The notes under the pieces are model-generated. The model was not told where the DNA came from. It worked only from the letters and a program-made list of their open reading frames with translations, and did no database searches. The position numbers and the translations under genes are program-made. 26,971 bases of DNA from an uncultured Flavobacteriales bacterium (GTDB lineage Bacteria > Bacteroidota > Bacteroidia > Flavobacteriales_D > Sanyastnellaceae), in assembly GCA_937890245.1 (NCBI GenBank), contig CALACF010000427.1, positions 1-26,971 on the forward strand, in the 5' to 3' direction. Positions 16,885-24,102 of this stretch are shown piece after piece. How positions within the stretch are numbered: the first letter of the stretch is position 1; every line of letters starts with the position of its first letter.

Positions 16885-17556
16885 TTACCAATTCCATGCT
16901 TTAATAAGCACGAGAACCGGCAGCAATTCAAGGCCGCAAAGGTAGGCAATCATCAAGAAAGGTCGATTTTTTGCCTCGGGAACGAGCCATGCGATGCGCC
17001 CCGTGCGAAGCAGCCAGCCTGCCAGCCAAATGCCAATGCACATCCACGCAAGCCAACGGCCCATATCCGGGTGCTCCCCACCCACATACCAGCCCAAGAT
17101 TCCAACCGGCGCCGACAAGAGCGCAAAAATCTGTCCCGTCAGAAAATGGCTCGCGCTATACTCCCTCGCAGGCAAAGCGCCTTCCGACACTTCATTGACC
17201 GCCCTTAAAAACAATGCACGTATTGCCCACAGCAGCCCCCAAGCCAAGGCCAGTCGCAATGCGGTTGGGATGTCAAATACCGCTTCAGCCAATCTCGCAA
17301 GCGATTGCCCAAGGCCCAGAACGGCAAATATCAGCGCGGCAACAAACACCAGTACCCAGCCCATATCGAAGACCATGTTGCCCTGACGGTAGCGCTGGGA
17401 GACCAACCGGTAATCAGTCACAACCCAGTTCATCATCTTCCAGCGCTCGTTGAATACCTGTCGCACAACTGCCAGCAAAACCAGCCCGCTCCAGAGCATC
17501 CAGACCGCCCATTCGGGAAAACCTGCGCTTTCAATATGTGGAATGCCTTCGTACAC
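16885..17556 (-). CDS. DUF4271-like membrane protein
   Basis: 223 aa, multi-TM, ending FLMIAYLCGLELLPVLVL. This resembles the YLCxLEixP motif I associate with DUF4271. It lies directly upstream of hemD. Confidence 0.75.
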   Translation of the reverse strand: MYEGIPHIESAGFPEWAVWMLWSGLVLLAVVRQVFNERWKMMNWVVTDYRLVSQRYRQGNMVFDMGWVLVFVAALIFAVLGLGQSLARLAEAVFDIPTALRLALAWGLLWAIRALFLRAVNEVSEGALPAREYSASHFLTGQIFALLSAPVGILGWYVGGEHPDMGRWLAWMCIGIWLAGWLLRTGRIAWLVPEAKNRPFLMIAYLCGLELLPVLVLIKAWNW

Positions 17557-17560
17557 GGCG

Positions 17561-17568
17561 CGAATTTA
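17561..17568 (-). promoter_or_regulatory. -7 promoter-like element for the DUF4271-hemD-rnpA-S41-ligase operon
   Basis: The minus strand reads TAAATTCG-cgcc-GTG, 4 nt before the start codon. Confidence 0.6.
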
Positions 17569-17596
17569 GGGCTTAGGGCGGGTTGTGTCGCGTTTG

Positions 17597-20020
17597 TTAG
17601 TCATACGAAAGGCCCACCGCGCTTTGCTTCTTGCCCTCCCCCTGCGGCCCCGACCAGCGGCAACTTACCGCGTACACGCCGGGCGACAGTGCAGCCCCTC
17701 TGAAACCTCGGCCGTCCCAAAAGCATCGTCCGCGCGCTTCGACAAGTGCAGCCAACGGGCGCGCCACCACAGCACCGCTCATCGGGTCGGAAATGCTGAG
17801 CTCCATGAAAAAAGCGTCGTTGCCGCCGTTCCAGTTTACTTCGAGGCCTGGGGTTGAGTGCGACGTCGGAGCAGTAAGGTCAAACGGATAGGCAACGACA
17901 AACGGATTGATCCACGCGCCAGAAAATGTGATGGCCACAGCCGGGGCTCCAGGCGACGCAGCCGGCGGCTGGCTCCAGAGGCTGGGCGCGCCCGGGCTTG
18001 CGCCCTGCGGACAGCTTCGCCATTGGTTTGGGCCTGGTCCCACGCGCTCCAGCGACCAGCCCTCTGTGTCTTCATGCCAAGGGCCCAGCGCTTCGGGCGA
18101 CCACTCGATGTAGTCCAGGGCCTCGCCGGTTTCCCCGCGAATCGACAAACGCCCGCCTCCGTCTGAAAGGGCAGGCCAGCCATTGGCAAGAACCACGGCA
18201 GCGCCCGAAGCGTCGTACGGAGCCGCAGCCTGAAGCGGACATGAAGAAAAGGCAAGGACATGGCCCGGCATCAAGATGGTCGATGCATCGCAGAGCACAT
18301 ACCAGTCAGCAGGAGATGGCACTGCACCCGTCGCAACTTGGAGGCCCATCAAATCGATCGGCGTATCTCCTTGATTGATGATCTCAAGAAATTCACGGCC
18401 CGATGGGAGCGCATCGAACAGCAGTTCTTCAATGCGGAGTTGAGATGGCGTGGACGGCTGGGCGGCGGCGAGCTCGACAGATTGAAGGGGCGACGAAAAC
18501 GAGGTCCCCCAGCGAAGTTCTTGGGCTGCGGGTTCGGCTTGTAGGGCAGCGGCGGCCTCATACGAGTGCCAATTCGCACCGGACCACCAGCCGTCCGAGA
18601 TCGTGAGGCTGTCGAGGTGTGCGTCGAGTGGCCACAGCGCCGGGCTCAGCGCGGGAGCGTCAGCAAAGGTGACTGTAAGCAGGCCATCGTAAAGTCCGAA
18701 GCTGCAAACGGCTGGGAGCTGGGGCGGGAGCGCGGCGAATTGTTGGAGCGAGAAGTCTGCGCGGCCCCAATCGGAGGGCGCGCTGGGCGAGCTCGCTTGC
18801 CAGATGAGTTGTCGCGCGTTGGGCCCAATGACGCGACGGATGCTCAGGCCCTCGCCCACCGCAGTCGGGTCGGGCTGCATACACGGGCCGAAGGGGGCTT
18901 CGATGAGGGGCGAGCCGTCTTGCGCCAATACTATTAGTGTTCCACCATTGTTGGCGAGCGTGGGCCAATTATCGATTGAGTCGGCGTAAAATACCGCAGT
19001 TCGTCCTGGGGCCAGGATGATACGAGATGCTGGGGCGGCGTGGGAATTGGCGTTCGGCTGGGTCGCCCAGCGCAGGCCGCCGAGCTCGAGATGGCGCGCC
19101 GAGGCGTTCCAAAGTTCGAAGGCCTCGGAGGGGTTGTGGGGGTCCGTGGCAATGGGGTCAGCCAGGATTTCTGTAAGGACGAGCTCGCCTCGACGTGGGC
19201 TGCCGTGGCGCTCAATACTGCCACTGATCCAGTGGGCTTGCGCCGAGGCGTGGCAGGCCCTGAGCGGGCCGATGGCTATGTGGGCAGGCCCAGGAGGCAG
19301 CCGGGCGGACCACTGGAACTGGAGCCGGTCGTCGGCCAGCCACAGGACGGATGCCGGGAGGCCGGCGATGACCGCCTGGACCGTGGGCCGAAAGATGGGA
19401 TCTGTGGGCGCGTCCAGGAGGAGTTCGGCTGAGGTTGAGGAGCGGGGCAGCCAATGTCGGGTGGAGAGCGGGCCTGATAAAAGGTCGCTCGCAAAGCTGG
19501 GGGAGCTGGGGTCGTTTGGTTCAGGGGAGGAAGAGAAGTGGCCCGGGGAGCCGCAACTGGGGCCGGATGTGCGCCAATTTGAAAGGGCGCCGCAGTCGCT
19601 CGCGCGAAGGCGCTCCCACGCGCGGCCATTTTGTGCCTGCCCGGCGTGTTCCATGGCGTCATGCAGCCCGCCGGGGCCGTGCAAAGCAACGCGGCCACCG
19701 CCGTTGCTCAGGGCGGGCAAACTCGACAGTATGATTTTCTGGCCGGGCAGACCGGAAAACAGCGCGCTGTCCCCGTCGTCAAATACGAGCGCCACCGCCC
19801 CCGAATCGAGCATCCCCGCGCCCAATGAACGCGAGGACGTTCCTATTTCCAGCGACCACGCAGAGAGGTCGACGGCGCCAGGGCCGGGATTGAACAGCTC
19901 TACGTATTCCTCCGAAGGGCAGCCCCATGAAGGCGTGGGGTCCACCATGATTTCAGTTAACACGAGTGTGGAGTCGGGTGAGAATGCTTCCGCAGACAGC
20001 AGTAAAATTGGGATCAACAT
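17597..20020 (-). CDS. Secreted protein with three lamin-tail-like (LTD) domains and a C-terminal FlgD/T9SS-CTD-like domain
   Basis: Short signal MLIPILLLSAEA (ATG 20020; the ORF track extends to 20068). Three repeats begin LVLTEIMVDP..EYVELFN (~19966), LVLTEILADP..EAFELWN (~19183) and LRIEELLFDA..EFLEIIN (~18439). Repeats 1 and 3 end in W/SLER...W..S...G.SPG. C-terminus CFWDGRGFRGAALSPGVYAV. Confidence 0.85.
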   Translation of the reverse strand: MLIPILLLSAEAFSPDSTLVLTEIMVDPTPSWGCPSEEYVELFNPGPGAVDLSAWSLEIGTSSRSLGAGMLDSGAVALVFDDGDSALFSGLPGQKIILSSLPALSNGGGRVALHGPGGLHDAMEHAGQAQNGRAWERLRASDCGALSNWRTSGPSCGSPGHFSSSPEPNDPSSPSFASDLLSGPLSTRHWLPRSSTSAELLLDAPTDPIFRPTVQAVIAGLPASVLWLADDRLQFQWSARLPPGPAHIAIGPLRACHASAQAHWISGSIERHGSPRRGELVLTEILADPIATDPHNPSEAFELWNASARHLELGGLRWATQPNANSHAAPASRIILAPGRTAVFYADSIDNWPTLANNGGTLIVLAQDGSPLIEAPFGPCMQPDPTAVGEGLSIRRVIGPNARQLIWQASSPSAPSDWGRADFSLQQFAALPPQLPAVCSFGLYDGLLTVTFADAPALSPALWPLDAHLDSLTISDGWWSGANWHSYEAAAALQAEPAAQELRWGTSFSSPLQSVELAAAQPSTPSQLRIEELLFDALPSGREFLEIINQGDTPIDLMGLQVATGAVPSPADWYVLCDASTILMPGHVLAFSSCPLQAAAPYDASGAAVVLANGWPALSDGGGRLSIRGETGEALDYIEWSPEALGPWHEDTEGWSLERVGPGPNQWRSCPQGASPGAPSLWSQPPAASPGAPAVAITFSGAWINPFVVAYPFDLTAPTSHSTPGLEVNWNGGNDAFFMELSISDPMSGAVVARPLAALVEARGRCFWDGRGFRGAALSPGVYAVSCRWSGPQGEGKKQSAVGLSYD

Positions 20021-20047
20021 CGCAAAAGAATAGAACCGGCAATCTGC

Positions 20048-20055
20048 TATCTTTG
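20048..20055 (+). promoter_or_regulatory. -7 promoter element for asd
   Basis: TATCTTTG is an exact TAnnTTTG match, 97 nt upstream of the asd ATG. Confidence 0.65.
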
Positions 20056-20152
20056 GACCGCCGCGCATGCGACGTCAACAAAGCAATGCGCCCGTCTGCA
20101 AATTCAAAAAGCGCTAACTAGCAGCGCCACCTAGCAACGCCAAACACACCCC

Positions 20153-21183
20153 ATGTCACAACGCACCCAAGGACGGATTCAAGGACGCACTGTCGCCGTC
20201 GTCGGCGCCACAGGACTCGTCGGCCGAACCATGCTTAAACGCCTGGAAGCCCGCAAGTTCCCCGTGAAAAAACTCCTGCCCGTGGCCAGCGAAAAGTCTG
20301 TCGGAAAGACGGTGACGTTTTGTGGTGAAGAGGTGACCGTGATGAGCATGGAGGCCGCGATTGCAGCGGCGCCAGATATTGCGCTGTTCTCTGCTGGCGG
20401 CGAAACGAGAAGACCTACGCTCCACAATTTGCTGCGGCCGGAACGCTGGTGATCGACAACAGTTCCGCATTCCGCATGGACCCCAATGTGCCGTTGGTCG
20501 TGCCCGAAATCAACCTCGACGACATCCTCCCCGAGCATTTCATCGTTGCAAATCCCAATTGCTCAACGATCCAACTCGTCATGGCGCTCAAACCCCTCCA
20601 CGACCGATTTATCGTTCGCCGGGCCATCGTGTCGACATACCAAAGCGTTTCTGGAACCGGTCAAGCTGCTATGAACCAGCTCGATGCCGAACGCGCGGGC
20701 CGCGATGCTGAGAAAGTATACCCACATGCGATCGACATGAACTGCCTGCCGCATTGCGACGTGTTCCTCGAAAATGACTTCACGCGGGAGGAGATGAAAC
20801 TCCACCACGAAACGAAAAAAATCCTCGGCGACGAAACCATCTCCGTCAGCGCCACCGCCGTCCGAGTTCCCGCTGTGGGTGGGCATTCCGAAAGTGTCTA
20901 TCTCGAACTCGACCGCAATTTCTCGATCCCCGATGTCCGCGAAGCCCTCAAAATGTTCCCCGGCATCATCGTTCAAGACAAGCCCTCGGACAACCTTTAT
21001 CCTATGCCAATCAATGCCCACGGCAAAGACGACGTGTTCGTGGGTCGTATTCGGCGCGATTTGACCGAAACGCAAGGTCTGCATCTGTGGATTGTATCGG
21101 ACAACCTGCACAAAGGAGCGGCGACGAACTCGATTCAAATCGCCGAGTACCTCAACAAAGCCGGGCGTTTCAGCAAGTCTTGA
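20153..21183 (+). pseudogene. asd: Aspartate-semialdehyde dehydrogenase, split by an apparent 1-nt deletion at ~20409 (possibly a sequencing/assembly error)
   Basis: Frame 1 gives VAVVGATGLVG...LFSAGGET. The -1 frame continues KTYAPQFAAAGTLVIDNSSAFRM, catalytic IVANPNCSTIQ, STYQSVSGTG, TAVRVP..GHSE and WIVSDNLHKGAATN. Restoring one base gives a 343-aa protein. Confidence 0.93.
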
Positions 21184-21225
21184 CAGGGACTTCACGAGGG
21201 CTTGACACTTTGGGGACTGAACCTA

Positions 21226-21233
21226 TACCTTCG
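21226..21233 (+). promoter_or_regulatory. -7 (and possible -33) promoter for the TonB-dependent receptor
   Basis: TACCTTCG lies 7 nt before ATG 21241, and a TTG at 21202-21204 lies 21 nt upstream of it. Confidence 0.55.
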
Positions 21234-21240
21234 CGTCACA

Positions 21241-24075
21241 ATGAAGTTCACAACGAATGCTATGCTCGCCTTTTTCGCGTGCGCCCTTTTCTCCTTTTCT
21301 CCCACATCCCAATTGTTCGCGCAGACCCATATCACCGGGTCGGTGGTGGACGCCTCGAACGGGGACGGATTGCCTTCGGCTAGCGTCTATATGGAGGCCA
21401 CCCAGCGCGGCGGCTTGACCAAGCTCGACGGAACTTTTGACTTCACGAGCAGCCTCAGTGGGGAGACCGTGATGATCGTCCACTTTATCGGCTACGAAAC
21501 CCAGCGCGTCACCTTGAATTTGACCGGTGGTGAGCTTGTTGTGCCGACCGTGAAATTGGCATCATCCACCTTTGGATTGGCCGAAGCAAAAGTGATGGCG
21601 AGTGCCGTACAAGGGCGCGCAACCCCCGTGGCGGTGTCGACCCTCAACGTCGAGTACATCGAGCGCAACCTCGGCGACAAGGAGCTCGTCGAAGTGCTGA
21701 ACGTGACCCCGGGCGTTTACGCCACCAAGGGCAGCGGCGGATACGGCGACTCGCGGATCAACATCCGTGGCTTCAACCAGCGGCAGATCGCCGTCATGAT
21801 CAACGGCATCCCGGTCAATGACATGGAGAATAAGTGGGTCTACTGGTCCAATTGGTCTGGGCTCGGAGACGCCGTTCAAAGCATCCAGGTGCAACGTGGC
21901 TTGGGCGCATCTAAATTGGCAGTCCCCTCGGTGGGCGGCACCCTCAACGTGATCACCAAAACAACAGACGCCAAGAAGCGCGTGGTCTACGAGCAGAACG
22001 TCACGGACTGGGGGCGCTACCTGTCAACGCTCAGCTACTCGACGGGCATCATGCCGAGCGGCTGGTCCTTGAGCTTGGTCGGCTCGCGCACAGTCAGCGA
22101 CGGATACGCCGACGGCAACTTCATCGACGCTTGGAGCTACTACGGCAGCGCGGCCAAAGATTTCGGCGACCACCGCATGGTTATCACCGCAATCGGGGCC
22201 CCGCAGAAACATGGCCAACGCCGCTCAAACATGGCCATTTGGCAATACGACACGCTTACAGCGCGCGGACACGACGCCTACAAATGGAACATGAACTGGG
22301 GCAGCCGCGACGGCGAAATGTTCAACAGCAGGGTCAACAGCTACCACAAGCCCCAGATCAGCATCTCTGATTATTGGCAGATAAACGAGACAACGCGTAT
22401 GCAGAACTCGGTGTACGTTTCTGTAGGCATGGGTTACGGCACGGGTCAAAGCGGATTGAGCCGCGGCGGAGTCGGCGAATTCGATCCGATTGAGTGGGAC
22501 AAGGTGGTTGAGGTCAATCAAAACTACAACAACGTCTCAACGTATGGCGACGACCAAGTGGCCTATGACGAGTCGCTCGGCGCCTGGGTCGACACCCTTC
22601 ACCACCAAGGCGACGTGGTCATGTTCGAGGGCGACACCGCCCGCGGCGCGGCACGCAACTTCATCTACGCAGGCCACAACAGCCACTTCTGGACGGGTGC
22701 CATCTCAAGCATCGTCAGCGAATTGAGCCCGGGGCTAACCTTCACAGGTGGATTTGACGGCCGTTATTACGAAGGCACACACACGCGCACGGTCCACGAC
22801 TTGCTCGGTGCACCTTATATTGACTACAGCTTGGGAGCAGCCCAAGGCGGATACGCATCCTTGCCCGTGGTCGGCGACAAGTTCTTCTACCACAACATTG
22901 GCCAGGTGATCTACGGCGGGCTGTTTACCCAGCTGGAGCTAAACGCCGATTGGGGCACCGCTTTCGCCAGCGCCGCAGCATCGTTGACGCGCTACCGCCG
23001 CATCGATCCATACGCAAACTACCGCTACCAGGAGTCCGGCATACAGCCCGTGACGACTTACCCTGGCGGCATCGACAGCGCGGCTGTGGTAACCGACGAG
23101 TACATCTCCGGGGTGAACAGCCCGACCGTGACCAACTCCGGGTTCAACATCAAGGCCGGCATCAGCCGCAACTTGGGCGATTACCACACGGTCTTTGTCA
23201 ACGGGGGATTCAACTCGATTGTCCCCGACTTTAAGTTTGCTTGGAACGGCAACACGAACGTCCCCAACCAGGACCTCGTCAACGAGCGCATCACTTCCAT
23301 GGAGTTTGGCTACCGCTTCACCCACCTCAAGCACAGCTTCAATTTCAACCTCTACCACACGGTGTGGGCCGATAAAACCATCACCACGTCAGCGCGCGAT
23401 TACGACCAAGACGGCATCCCCGAGCAGGCCTTCATTCTCGGCTTGATGGAAACGCACGACGGCATGGAGTTCGAATGGCGCACGAGGCCAAACAAGTGGC
23501 TCAGCGTGGGTGGCATGGCAAGCTTTGGCGATTGGCGCTGGGACAACGACGTCGAAGCGGCGGTCTACTACCAGGACGGCACCTTGGCCGACTCCTTGCA
23601 GATCTACAGCGCGGGCTTGAAGGTGAGCGACGCCCCCCAATCTCAATTTGGCTTGCTGGCAGACGCCCAGCTGGACAACGGCTTTGAGATGGGTTTGAGT
23701 TACATCTTCAATGACAAGCTGTATGCCAAATTCGACCCGGCCATCGATCGGACGCAGCTCCACCCAGAGCGCATCGGGTTCCAGCCCGTTCTGCTGCCGA
23801 GCTTTGGCTACGTTGACGCACGAATTCGCTACAAGTTCGACCCGATCGATTCTTGGGGCGGTGCGCGCATCGCGCTGTCTTTAAACATTCAAAATGTCAC
23901 CAACAACCGCTACATCTCCGACGGATTCGAGGAATGGCGCACTGAGCAGGTTTACGACGAGAACTGGAACTTGATCGAAGAACGCAACTACCAAGGCACC
24001 GTTGAAAACGGGTTCTTGCAAGGTTGGTATGCCTTCGGACGGACGCTGTCCTTCAGCGTCAAGATGACCATCTGA
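21241..24075 (+). CDS. TonB-dependent outer-membrane receptor with N-terminal carboxypeptidase-regulatory-like domain
   Basis: Signal peptide MKFTTNAMLAFFACALFSFSPTSQLFA, then ITGSVVD...LPSASV...GTFDF...FIGYET. Plug region TPGVYATKGSGGYGDSRINIRGF..QIAVMINGIPVND and SVGGTLNVIT. The barrel ends YAFGRTLSFSVKMTI. The ORF track starts at TTG 21202; ATG 21241 fits the promoter and signal peptide better. Confidence 0.93.
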   Translation: MKFTTNAMLAFFACALFSFSPTSQLFAQTHITGSVVDASNGDGLPSASVYMEATQRGGLTKLDGTFDFTSSLSGETVMIVHFIGYETQRVTLNLTGGELVVPTVKLASSTFGLAEAKVMASAVQGRATPVAVSTLNVEYIERNLGDKELVEVLNVTPGVYATKGSGGYGDSRINIRGFNQRQIAVMINGIPVNDMENKWVYWSNWSGLGDAVQSIQVQRGLGASKLAVPSVGGTLNVITKTTDAKKRVVYEQNVTDWGRYLSTLSYSTGIMPSGWSLSLVGSRTVSDGYADGNFIDAWSYYGSAAKDFGDHRMVITAIGAPQKHGQRRSNMAIWQYDTLTARGHDAYKWNMNWGSRDGEMFNSRVNSYHKPQISISDYWQINETTRMQNSVYVSVGMGYGTGQSGLSRGGVGEFDPIEWDKVVEVNQNYNNVSTYGDDQVAYDESLGAWVDTLHHQGDVVMFEGDTARGAARNFIYAGHNSHFWTGAISSIVSELSPGLTFTGGFDGRYYEGTHTRTVHDLLGAPYIDYSLGAAQGGYASLPVVGDKFFYHNIGQVIYGGLFTQLELNADWGTAFASAAASLTRYRRIDPYANYRYQESGIQPVTTYPGGIDSAAVVTDEYISGVNSPTVTNSGFNIKAGISRNLGDYHTVFVNGGFNSIVPDFKFAWNGNTNVPNQDLVNERITSMEFGYRFTHLKHSFNFNLYHTVWADKTITTSARDYDQDGIPEQAFILGLMETHDGMEFEWRTRPNKWLSVGGMASFGDWRWDNDVEAAVYYQDGTLADSLQIYSAGLKVSDAPQSQFGLLADAQLDNGFEMGLSYIFNDKLYAKFDPAIDRTQLHPERIGFQPVLLPSFGYVDARIRYKFDPIDSWGGARIALSLNIQNVTNNRYISDGFEEWRTEQVYDENWNLIEERNYQGTVENGFLQGWYAFGRTLSFSVKMTI

Positions 24076-24102
24076 TTCAGCGATCAGCGGTAGCTGCGGC
24101 GA

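Noticed and set aside
19017-20033. 338-aa plus-strand ORF
   Set aside because: It is the antisense shadow of the lamin-tail protein, is Ser/Arg/Pro-rich and has no motif.
21202-21229. TTGACA-n16-TATACC resembling an E. coli sigma70 promoter, and TTG 21202 as receptor start
   Set aside because: All other promoters here are of the Bacteroidota type and the same bases fit TTG-n21-TACCTTCG. The signal peptide begins at ATG 21241.
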